Source: a virus. From it: 64,000 nucleotides of DNA. The position numbers and the translations under genes are program-made. The stretch spans positions 47,531-111,530 of IMG/VR virus record IMGVR_UViG_3300028044_000003; one strand, written 5' to 3'. Within the stretch, counting starts at the first letter, position 1, and each line of letters starts with the position of its first letter. The notes below the pieces were generated by a model. That model was not told the origin of the DNA and did not search any database. It saw nothing but the letters and a program-made list of their open reading frames with translations. Below, in pieces: positions 30,601-39,900 of the stretch.

Positions 30601-30955
30601 TTAATCCTTTTTCTTGTAATCTTTTTTGTAAATTATTTACAACTATAGTATCTACATTAATAGATGTTAAAAAATCTTTTAATTTATTTTCAAGGTTGTT
30701 AGCTAATTCAGGATTAGAATCAAATAGTTCTTGAACACTCGGTTTTACTCCTGGTTTTATTTCTTGTACTACTCGTTCACCAGGTTTATTAAAACCCATA
30801 TTTCTGTCAGAAATCTTTTTAATAACTTCTTCAGGAGTACGTATAACACCATCGTTCTCTAACCAATCCCTCATTGCTTCAAACTTACCGATCAAAGGAT
30901 TATTTTCTAAAGCTTTCCACTCTGGAGAATTAAAATTAGGACAAGAATTTTTCAT
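21674..30955 (-). CDS. giant virion-ejected polyvalent protein (2 nucleotidyltransferases, ART-like domain, zincin peptidase, LysM)
   Basis: 3093 aa, directly downstream of vRNAP; GS..DLD motifs at ~29870-29938 and ~27869-27938; VYH..GIYFS..NLKNP..GYDSII; HEFAH 27068-27082; LysM 22545-22676. Confidence 0.85.
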   Translation of the reverse strand: MKNSCPNFNSPEWKALENNPLIGKFEAMRDWLENDGVIRTPEEVIKKISDRNMGFNKPGERVVQEIKPGVKPSVQELFDSNPELANNLENKLKDFLTSINVDTIVVNNLQKRLQEKGLNSNAVAVSDILHKAVFLDSNKYNTLDYAEEVATFAIEFMGASKHAEASPLIRRALENIASWEKYQQYYDLYKNDPIYKNNERKLKVEILSKLLAERIVENKDRTKKTKQDKKLTTLETIINGILALFNKIWKSDYYKAVDRFLKQRGIETKGVNKVNIRPFDAVINEIVDDILFNNTSKIVNNSSRARKGETVVSLKEVLENNSTINKIYHKLNSLGFMFTGSPALSNEGTVYRESNDNLHDLDWQVPKELQDNWLDLVKSTFPDLTYKINPKTNQAQVFSKGEKTTHTLIIKGMPVDFFININPPSNKNTFGDMRWQDTFEAKMDIGRNKDIRDLIDFKTSFNDYFSNPNYLYYSLGQIKPGVEELFDSNPELANAVYEALGFNTVVKSKAIITNDERIPEYDDKDFKNAQVALKPEIYDFEADKINELLDLFIPKINKAISLGAVKFTLIRPFYTETHSIEDIGDKALENRDKLRDELLNDLKTFLKSKGFTTNDEGYDFTKEITPQQKQQAQQLYSQYLDTIFSDSKVKDIVYHEGKADFEKFDLNFAIETPGIYFSYYKSSGIFGDKIKRLLLNLKNPYIEDDSLQYDSLEQKYKDKFIQNGYDSIITPGDIGLIFEPEQIHILGSKQDIEGFREFVTQSFTNVKPGVEEQINFEDLLSSKLIDFLNSLNFTTEFKNELLHEFNPLAVTDLLYKTIRIKNNFKDEGLLKETAYVAYSFLGKKNKIRTDLVYSIENINNYQQIFEDYKKRSPQLNDYTIKELIVIDFIADAIKNNFENPRDSYQNRKADYWRIDGNSKLEKQIKYYLSKVKQFLEKLFLNTKLTNDELQNLLSDIANDVLNNTFDKFGTILDTEQQITNYNNTIEKDEKAKEIISKFQKLGLLLTGSLSLRKQGTLYREITEDLHDLDFTVTLDKQGDYFNKLYKDIKSQFEGASETGKIFLMEKFQKELAKNYKKHPLLNSIKKEYPSFKITNSFKGLKKNDVTITGSIDGYLIDLFFVSDLELDKNEKGFQDWEPIFESKIKMGRAKDIRDFANYIPFNRKSDGSFANIKGFRHFTFSNKNTFIDNKVDSDTITSEDVYDQLREEFIRENSIQEIEPNASEEDRSLSIVFQIAEKLSNKLRVPFQIITSDKAFELTTGTKNPWKGQKAFFLGGKVYFVGNNIDFETQFHEFAHPFVRALMVENPRLMNDLYEKFIATPEGQVILQQTLDEYSGVQDNSGIVKEEVLVKAIQLSASKKAQGIKPDNILPTLIQRFFTGLRTFLNKLFGNKPVSRINENSTLYDLAEILLDDEQFELDSTKITQGDIVAYQNNNAELIKSIMDVTNDNAAPVFEIVKDMYDKARGTIRAMNPLKDKELIEALKDEYQRGDLYDLTQNLNKLKLELEKDLELTKDRANRFVVTLNRVENMVSKLREHIKVINSDLSDLTKKQNLDYIKKLKYYENIINYWSNFTKNTMNVFNNDLKLKTDDPIYSFVNNIDENLENARKEVQGDNETGYLKGVGQVLWEQWEDMAERNDKYYTEIIRTLQLNGAPQSQIEAYHKEYYGLTISEKETYDRLSSARSLNIKDKAQLERLKRKMYTEGVILTKEKILETLKGNLGDSNYFNGWLEGYMYQSDPVIGGFAKFLKDALIEVNVKSFDTYYNQTEVLKPLLDALGYTQRQQGKLGREIGFKDKRGFEEDGEIKPKEVWAFIDKFKDVDYTISQKKLEIRQLKEEYDRTRDSEIEKELNQKKTEYLEYLRKWFHQPYTDVFYAKDDIFKNSAEGAAARELRDNWFNDLNAQTDPDLALDDEALVAENLRALRIRYKEMYSYYDRNGNFKNEFDRKITDILIEHRKLTRNFYEERERIGVFENEFNAFKDRLITVELLDPVTQAEEIRRREDEWLKENTYQRLKVDADGKVIYYNVLREKIQQLNAIKDRMPQGDKQREAMEKISKLLEQQISMVNISKDDNNTPDGTIMSEEQIDTLADIQEQINSLRQDILNVNGFTKKESAQLRGLYRSLDRGIPGIQQLISSLYATAKARKRKAGINDKDLERYNLLVQEISDMSSKEPTEYYLDILNDKIKNIEGLPDDFMLKNFGQDVNEITISNVDRLYENILGLDNEVLKELFKASPEFKAWFEKNHYQEVYYDKDRDNEIEVWKRLNIWTVKTPVGDEYYKKREVTYSNGDVVSINRIPNYKYIRKVVKKEYTDENGNVVKLRTEKIVGKTVTNTKEWLPKELPDSPFRNERYYELKNASPDSRDGKLFKLLEKVKEFHLKNQEGKPVRSRLYYDFPRFESSLYEKIITSKEDRQRGISKTLGKKFPIFEYIIRRIRQFYQKAKDDGLETLNPDLDYDLVRVTSEGIEPDTIPVQGLYNIPIDDVSTDFITSMYAYASSLIKQEKLIEIHPIAKALDQVLKTNTPKELEKLDKKNFLNNAIEFVKGDSNVRSNIYETLMKREFYDERLLGFGKNSKPIQTFSKFIFGRASMAMFALNIPAALKDYLGSKYQKMLLMSGGKYIDPKSIAKGEAWAFKVMSEKSFGSASEGMGPQIYQIGAKTLNVQLTELFQVSMKDPRESFARAASRSLPSDVLGMSWLYNFREWLQGQSETSLFGAMMYKQTVYQYDKPIAYMDAWEIRDGVLTIKEGIDPDYGPRKTTHLFVTGDTMDSISTRYNIPIDELKKRLGLENFNDVEPGTELTIATGAKFKDMLNKFNIVQQSLEGNYANMNQPLAQGFLFFRFISYLKKFFTTMFVERFAFAGDPLSGNIRPRYNPGLNELKMGFYISTLRNLYRLSKNTSEQWGIMNQEERFNMLRMPLEIMGLIFIQSLLLPLFGWDEDDDEKYEKLREKSGDLPLPFIADDPEHPFRLMGWAENHALLLAMNVRSENETFIPLPGFGLDDYTKLLDFQSLAFGPTIESYSKMGALGYHTLMNNERAYYKRDSGPYEWQQEGGSKFITTLAKSIGIDGSNVSPIEKIKQKISIKNRSAGG
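28639..28659. repeat. 21-nt direct repeat (copy of 29503-29523), encodes KPGVEE
   Basis: GTTCTTCTACTCCTGGTTTAA identical at both sites. Confidence 0.9.
29475..29523. repeat. central composite copy of the cassette-boundary repeat (IKPGVEELFDSNPELAN)
   Basis: 29475-29508 is identical to 30699-30732; 29503-29523 is identical to 28639-28659. Confidence 0.92.
30699..30732. repeat. 34-nt exact direct repeat (ELFDSNPELAN)
   Basis: TTAGCTAATTCAGGATTAGAATCAAATAGTTCTT, identical to 29475-29508. Confidence 0.92.
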
Positions 30956-30964
30956 TGAATTTGA

Positions 30965-33900
30965 TTATTTAAAACAAGTTACGAAATTACTAATAACATC
31001 TTGATCTGATACAGGTTGTTGTGAAGTTACTATGTCTTTAAGTTTTTGAGATGAAGTTTCTATTATAAAACCAGGGTTATAATATCCAAAGTTTTTTAAT
31101 AACTCGTTAGATAAATAAAGAAAACCTCCCCTATAATCATCTTTATTCAAACTTTGACCATAACCACTAGAACTTAACATTAAGCTTTTATCTTGGATAT
31201 CTTCTCTAAGCTGTGTAATAAAATTATCTACATCAGTTTTTAGTTTAGGATTAGCAACCAAAATACCTTTATCATTTCTAACATCTTTAAGATTTGTTTT
31301 TAATATATCAAATTTTATTACGTTTGGTTTATTAGGTATTTTTTCTGTTACACCCACACCGTCTACTAAAAATAGAGCTCCTGGAAACATTGAGTATACA
31401 TTTTCCATCGCATTATTATCCCGGTACTCAAATATGTTTTCTTTTAGAGGTTTAACAGTGTCAAAAAAAATACTTTGATCAGTACTTACATCAGTTAATA
31501 GTTCTTTTAAAGATTGAATTTTACTTATTGGTGAAACATTAACAGGGGTTACTTTTGTAGTTACACTAGGTTGAGTAAATTGTATAGATTTAAGTTCCCC
31601 TCTAACTTCCATAAGAAGTTTGGAAAATCTACCTTTATCTTGTTCTATACCATTATATTTATGTGTAAGTTCAGCATTTCCTGTAGCTAATAACTTAGCA
31701 AGAGCATCTGGATTTTGTTGGAAAGAATCTTTTAATAATGCTTTCATAATTGTTGGAGACATGTTATCCCAAACTTTCTGATCTAATCCTTTAAACTCTT
31801 TTCCTAATTCTCTAAGTCTTTTACCATCTTTAGTATCTTTTATAACACTACCTACAGCTCGATTATTCTCATTCTTAGGAGAGAACTCAGTTTTATAATA
31901 TTGAAACGCTTGTTCTACAGAATCAAAATTTATACCTAAGTGTATAAAAGGTCTAATAGCAAAGTTACTTAACTCAGCATTCTCTCCTGTACCAGCGTAA
32001 ATATTAATCTTAATTCCTGCTGCTACTAAAGGATTTGATTCTAGAATCTTGCTTGTCATCTTCATTCCTGTCTTTAAGTCTACATTACTAATGTAAACCT
32101 CACCTGTTTCTTTGTCTACTAAATTATACAAGTCATTATCTTGTAATATCCACTTAGAAGACTGAGGAGCTTTTTCTCTTTTACCTGTAGATTTATTATA
32201 AAACTCTTTAAATCTTGTATTAGTAGTAAAAAATTCTTTAGGCATCTTACCATCAGATTTTTCTACATATTGATTGTATGCATCTATATCTGATTGAGAA
32301 ATAATTTTTACACTTTCACTTTCATCTTCTTCTTGAGGTTTTACTTCAGTACCCCAATCATATTTATTAATAAGATAATCTAAAGCTGTAGCGTGAGTAG
32401 CATAATTCTTTTCTTCATAATAAAGAATAGGACTTTTTATTATTTTACTTGATTTAATATCGTTAATAATAGCTTGTCTATATTCTTTTGTAGCATTAGT
32501 ATTACCAAAATTATTACCAGTAATCATCCACTCAATAAACTTTTTAGTAGATTTTATACCTTGTTCTTTTCTTGTACCTGTTTCATCTGCAAAATCAAAA
32601 GGATTACCTACAGTGTTTCCATCTTTATAATTTTGTAAAAATGTTTTTTTCTTGTTTCCTCTGTATGCAATTAGCATAGGTTTCTTACCAGGAAACTTAT
32701 AATCAAACATAGATTTTGCTTCTGGAACAATATCATTCCAAAAGTTTTTACCTGTATATTCTGTGTTTTCTTCTAAATCTTTAGGTAAGATAACATTTTC
32801 TGATTGTATTAAATTGTCTTTGTTTATGTCAGAATAAATTTCTTCTGCTGTTAAAATAACTTGCGGTTGAGTAGTAAGTTTAGCTGGTGTTGCGGGTATA
32901 CCTGGTTCTAAATCCGCAGCTCTTCTAAATGTAAGGGTAATAGTATAATTAGTAATAACTCTACCATCTGAAAGTTTAATTGGCGGATAAGGATTCTTCT
33001 TTATATTTCCTAATGGCGTTGTGTGAGAGAGAGCAAATCTACCTTTACCATCCATACCAAATGTATAAATAGTACCATCTTTAGTAGCAATTTCATTAGT
33101 AGGTTTTCTTCCTTGGTAATCTTCTTTATAGGCACCTTGGAAAGTTATCTTACCTTTATTATCATCCCATATACCAAGGCCAGAATTATTACCTATTGTA
33201 TAAACAACAACAGGATATCCTTTAGCAGACTTAGCTTCTGTAGTATCTCTATGCGGAGCTATACTTTGGTTATCTAAATATATGTTTCCCAATATAGAAT
33301 CATAATCAGACATATCTAGACCTAAAGCGTTTTGTATTTTATCAATTAACGGTTGTAAATCTGATATAGGAGGTAAAGGATTACCGTTTTGATCTAATTC
33401 GTGATAGTCATAAATATATTTTGACTTATCTACTGTTAATCCAGCTTTTTTTAGAGCCGCTATTTGTTGTTTAGTTTTTTCAACACCAGCAAAAGAATTA
33501 ATTAATAATGGTTTTGCTTTAAGATTTACTCTTGACCACATACGACCAAAAGAAAACTGCCAGTTAGCATTAACTCCAACATTTTCTTTATAAGCTTGTC
33601 TCTGAATTTGAGGAGCTATAAGATTTATAATTTCTTGAGTATCAACTTTTGTAGGATTTGTATCAACTTTAACAACACCGTAATCTGGAGAAACTACTTT
33701 AATTTCAGAAATAAAATCTGATGTTGCCGATATTTCAGATATTTTTTCTAAACCTTTACCAGCTAAAACTTTATTGATAGCTTCTAACTCTTTAACTTGA
33801 TATTTTCTTAACTCTTCAAGAGTTTTAAATCTTTTTAATAATTGTACTTCGTTAGTTATTGTAAAAAATAAATCTACTACCGGTAAATGGTGTAAAGAAC

Positions 33901-36900
33901 CTGTTAATACTGTATACCCACGTTTTGCAAATTCTTTTAATCTACCTCTAACTCTTTCCTTAACTTCATCATTTTTATAACTATATTTTTTTGAAAAATC
34001 TAAAATAATACCTTGAGGAGTTGTTTCGGTAGTTTTAAACTCAGGAACTACTTTATATATTTCTTCTATAGTAATGTCATCAGCGTCAATAACGCTTAAA
34101 GGGTTTTTAGATTTAAAAGTTGTTTTACCAGAGCCAGGAGTAAGGTATATAACCTTACCGCGATATTCGTCTTTTATAGTAATATATTTATCAATAATTA
34201 TATCAGTGTTGTTTGATAAAAAGTCTGCTGAATAATTTTTAGTTCTAGAACCAAAAAATCTATTTAATAAAACGTTATAGTCAGTTAATATATTTTGATT
34301 ATCAGAAATAGATCTGATATATTTATTAATTACTTTTGGATTAAGTACATCTAAATACCTTTGAGGATTTACTAATCTCGTTAAAGTGAATTGGGTACCG
34401 GATATAAAACCTGATTGTAATAACGCTACTATCTCAAACTCTTCAAAAAACTCAGATATTGCCCTATTAATCTGAACATTTTCTACTTTTTTTACTGTAG
34501 GATCTTTTAACTGATTTAACTCATAATTTAGAACTTGTAGTAAATCTTTAGTTAACTGTACGTTTTTTAAAGTCAAATTTTTATAACCGCGGAACTCGTT
34601 TATGTTTAAGATTTCTACCAGCTTATAATCATTAACCAATTTTGGATAACGGTTTTTTATATTATAAAACCTCTGAGCATAATTATTACTTTCTGTAACA
34701 TCTTCGTTTATAACTGTTTGGAATATAGCTCTTGGATTATAAGTTTTTCTAAGAGCTTGATTTTTTAACCATTTTTCGTATTTTTCTACTCTTTTTACTT
34801 TATCTTCAATGTCTTTGTACTTAGTTTCTATAGGGAACATTACCCTGAATAACTCTCTCTGTACTAAAAATTCAGCAAACTGTTTATCATTAGTAAAATA
34901 ACCCTTATAGCTTTTATCCCTATATGTTTTAATATTTTCATCAGAAATTTTATCTACCGGTTTATTATACTGTACGGTTTCTCTGTATAATTTTTTTACA
35001 GTAATAGGATCTATATAAATAGTATACTTATCCTCAGTTTTTGTAACAATTACTCCAAATTCAGAATAGTTAATTTTTTTAGCTTCTGTATCTTTTTTAA
35101 ACTTGACTTCAACTCCTTTAAAACTATTAGCTTTAGTGTAATCAAACTCTAAAATTTCTTTTTGGAAAATGTAAGTAAGTAGGTGATTCTTAAAAGTTTT
35201 TACTTTATACTCTTTATCATCTTTATTAAGAGTATTTTTTACTACATCGCTTGCTATAAAATTATTTAACTCTAGGTTATTTCTTAGAGGAAATAATTTT
35301 GAAATAAACGCTTCAAGATAATCTTTGATAAAAAAAGATTTAAGCATTGTTTCTTTTTCTAACGCTTGTATTTTATCAAGAGGTATACTATCGTCTTTTT
35401 TAATTTTATTAATTTGTTGTTCTTTTTCAATTAGCTCGTATAACGATGCTGGACGAGTAGTATCTGGATTAAAGTTTAATTTAATAGCTCTAACCTTATC
35501 TGACATTTCTTCTACTTCTAAGTAATGTAAAAAGATAAGCTGTTCGTATAATTTTTTAACTTCTGGTTCTATATTTTGCGTCTCATCATCGATTAAGTTT
35601 TGTAAAACTTCTTCTAAAACTCTACCATCATCATCTAGATTAATATTATAATCTAGATTTAATCGATCTTTAATACTACTTATTTTTACATAAGGATTTG
35701 AAATATCATTTTGCGAAAGACCTAATTCTTCACCTATTTTAAATTTTACTTCACTAGTATTTGTTTCAGATAATAAACTATTTGCAGCAATTTTACTATC
35801 GATATATTCAACAATAATCGGCTGACTCATAAAGTTAACTATAGTAGTAAACGGAACACCGGCCTGAACTAAGAATAATATTTTAGGAGCGGCCTCTTTG
35901 TTACCCTGGATATTAAAAATCCAAGGATCTTTTGCTACGTCTACCCATCCGTTAATTAACTGAGATATTACATCAGCTATACGGTTAACACCATTCACAT
36001 CCGTAACATCAGATAAAGAAATAGCTTTTTCATTATCTACTATTAGACTTCTATGTGGTATTAAAAGTCTTTGAGGAAGCCTTTTAGGAACAGTATTATT
36101 TGTTCTTGTAGGATTCATATACATCCCTACAATATTGAATAATGTGTTAAAAGTATTATCTACGGCGCCAAGCCCTAAAGCTTGTTTACCAACAGAGTTA
36201 GAAGTATGACTATGTAAATTATATCCGTATTCAAATATTTTCGTTTCAGCTATTAAAGGTTTTTCTTCTGTACCTAAAAAACCATCAATCGTTTTGTTTC
36301 TAAAAGGATTGTATTTTTTAGATTTAGAAGCCATTCTAGTAGCTTCTGGTTTAGCAATATCAGTATCGTTTGGTGTAATTAAAGATTTAAAATTACTATC
36401 TAATGCTAGTATATCTTTTACTACATTAATAAGATTGTTCTCTAAACCTTTTACAGTATTTTCTGAGGTATCATATTTTACAACACCATCTTTAATACTA
36501 AGGTTAGGCATAGTTACGTTTAACTTATCAACGTCAAAATCCGAACCTGATTTAACAACAATTTCTATCGGAGGAATAATAATATTACCTGCTTCTTTTG
36601 GTAAAAACTCTGCTACCTCCATAAACTCCATAGAGTTATGGCCTTGTACAGGAATACGTACACCAATCATAGTAATCATTTTACGATTACTACCAGTATT
36701 TAACCAAGTTTCATTCTTAATTAATTTATTAAGATTTGCTAAAGAAGCTTTATAGTTTAATTCTTTTTTAGGTTTACCGTTCTCATCTTTTACTTCATCA
36801 TAAACAGCTACTTCTTTTAGATAAAGTAGTTTTTCAAAATCACCTTGTATGGCAATTTTAACTTGCATACTTACTGTACCGTCTTTACCCTTGTGATAAA

Positions 36901-39900
36901 ACCTTAAACCGTTGGTACCGTATTTAAGTATATCTTTTTGATCGGGTTTTTTAAAACCAGATTGTTGCCAGCCTACACTAGATACCTGGATTAAACCTTC
37001 TCCCTTAACTTTTTGAGTAATTAATTTTCTAACAACAAGAGATGTAATTAATTTTTCAATTTTTTCAGCTTGAGGGGTTAAAGAAAAATCTACATTGTTT
37101 AATTCTGTAGCTGAAAAGTTTAAAAAATCTAATTCATAATCTGCGATCTCTTGACGCGTTAATTCTTTTTTTACAAACTCTACAAGGTTTATTAATTTAC
37201 CAGAAGGTTTACCGTTTTTTATCTCCCAGCCTATTTCATTAAGTAGTTCTTTTTTCTTAGCTTCAGTTAAATCATTTACTACTCGGTTATAGTCTTGTAA
37301 TAAACGATATTCTTTAGACTGTAGTTTTATTTCTTTAGGTTCAGAGTTCCATAAAGATATCCTATCTTCTAAACTTAAACCTTCGTTTATTTTATAATCG
37401 GCAGGAACCCCGTTTACCATTAAACTTTCAGCTACAAGTTTTCTTAACTGACTGGCAAATATTACTTTCTTTTTAAACTTAGGAGCAATGTCTACCTGAT
37501 TTTTAAGATACTTTAGATGTATTGTGTTTTTAGTATACTCAAAATTGTTATTGTTTGATAATGTGTTACCAGCTTCGTTTAAATATTTATCTGGATTATC
37601 TTTCCTAGAAAGAGTTCCCACCTTAGATCCGGATATAAATGTAACGTAACCTATATTTTCCCTGGTTAATTTATCGTGTAATTCTTTAAGTATACTATTT
37701 TCACCTATTACTGAAGGGATTAACGGCATTAAAGAATACTTATGAAAAGCGGTTATAGGTAAACCATTAGTTATTAAAGGCCCGTAATATTGATCTTTCA
37801 TAACCGGGAAGAACTCAAGAATATCTTCTAAATTAACAGTATCACCGTTAAGTATTTTATTGTAAAGAACATCTTGATCGTTTGACCAAGTACCTTTTAA
37901 ATAATTTAACTCGCGATATTTATCAAAAGTTATATAACCCTGAGCATTTGTAGATTCTTCTTTTCCAGTATATTTAGAAGCTTTTTTAGAACCTAAGATT
38001 TCTTCAAAAGCAGCAGCATAGTCCGACTTAACCGTTTCATCTTGTAATACAGCGGTATTCATAGTACCGTCAAATAACTCGTCATATTCTACGCCAAGTT
38101 TTTGAGCATAAGTTGAAAAACGATTATTAGGTTTAACTGTTGTTCTTAGATTATTAATAAAACTTAAAGCTTTTTTATCAGTTCTATAAATATTACCAGT
38201 AGAACCGGCACCTGCTATACGTTTATTAGCTTCTTGTTTTGTATGTTCAAAAGAAGCAACGTTACCGTAAAAAATAGTGTAAGCTTCTACGTTATTTATA
38301 AACGTATTAGCAAACATAAATCTAGAAATAACATCAAACCTTTCATAAATATTTAAGTTTGATAATTTTTTATCATTTAATAATGACTCACTAAACCCAA
38401 TACTTAGTTTCTTGTTGGTTATTAAGTCTGTTAACGGATTTAAAATATCTGCTTTGTAACCTTTATTAAAGTAATTTGTAATATCAGTTTGTATTTTACT
38501 TAATAAAACTAGATCTTTACTATTAAGATATTCTTCTAGCTCACTTGTTTTTAAATATTCTTTATTTTCTAAAAGTGTTAATAATTCTTCTTTAGTATCT
38601 TTTCTTAAGATATCTTTAAACATTAAAAAATCAGAACCTCTCTGAGCATATTTCCAATCAAATACAGCGTTAGTACTTTTGTCTAAATCCCTTAGTATTT
38701 TTATACGATCTAATTCAGCGTTTAAATAACCTATAAGGATATTGGTAAAAGTCTGAGTACCGGTATTTTTATCTTTTATAAAAGTATCCAAATCAATATA
38801 AGCTCTGGAATTACTTCCTAATACTTTGGTTAAAGAATAACTATAAGAAGTAGACTTATCTGAATGACGAGGTAGTTCAAATATTCCAAGTTTTATAGCT
38901 AAAGCTATATCAGATACTCTTTTTGTTGTAGGATCTGCTGAGGCAAGTGCAATACCTTTACTAAACTCTTCATCATCGTATATAGCTGTACCACTAAGAT
39001 TTTGTAAGTCTAATTTAACATTAGCTGCGTTTTGAAAATTAGATTCTTTTAATTTGTTACCGAAAGTTTTTAAACCGTTTTCATCAGTTATTTCTTCAAA
39101 CAATGATTTTAATACGATAGATCTTTTTGCATCCGGATTTCGTTTAATATCAAAATGACTCATCCAGGGTAACGTTATAAGCTCCTGGTAAGTGTTTACT
39201 TCATTTATCGTATTAGTTATAATCGTTAGTTCGTTATTTAAACTATGTTCAAACTGAGTCTCTCCTTCAGCGTTTAAAACCATAAACGATAAATTAGTCT
39301 CACCGTATGTAGCTTCTAGTTTAGCATAATTTTCAAATAAATAACTTAGATCTACTATATTCTCAGAATCAGATTCCTTCCAAAACTCGTCTACAGTTAA
39401 ATTATTATTTTTTAATTTACTGATTTTTGTAAGTATAGTTTTAAGATTGTCTTGTGATAAACCTATTTGACTATCACCTAGTTTAATAGAATCTTTGATT
39501 AAACTTGTATTACTTACATATACTCCTAGAGAGTGTAAAAAAGATATAGGGTTTTCTTTAACCTTATCAAGACTATTGAAATTTTTAAATATTTGACTCA
39601 AGTTAAGTACCTTGGTCGTATAAGTTTGATCATTTCTTTTTACATCAATAGAATAAATAGACTCTTTAGTTTTAAAATTATCTCGCCATAAAGATTTTAA
39701 CTTGCTAGTTTGACCATAAGATTTACCAGCAGTTACTTCCCAACCAGTAACATCTTCTCCTAACTCTGTTCTTTTTAAATTTACTTGTAGTAATTTAATA
39801 TAAGACTTGTTAAAAGATTGCCAGAAACGAGTTTGTAATTTGAATCTTTCTACATCAGAACCTATTTCATCAATACCGCCTAATCTTTCAGCTATTTGAC

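Noticed and set aside
28639-30757. Linker repeats as a CRISPR array or DGR template/variable repeat pair
   Set aside because: Spacing is 0.8-1.2 kb of coding DNA, there are no adenine-specific mismatches, and no reverse transcriptase or cas gene is in the window
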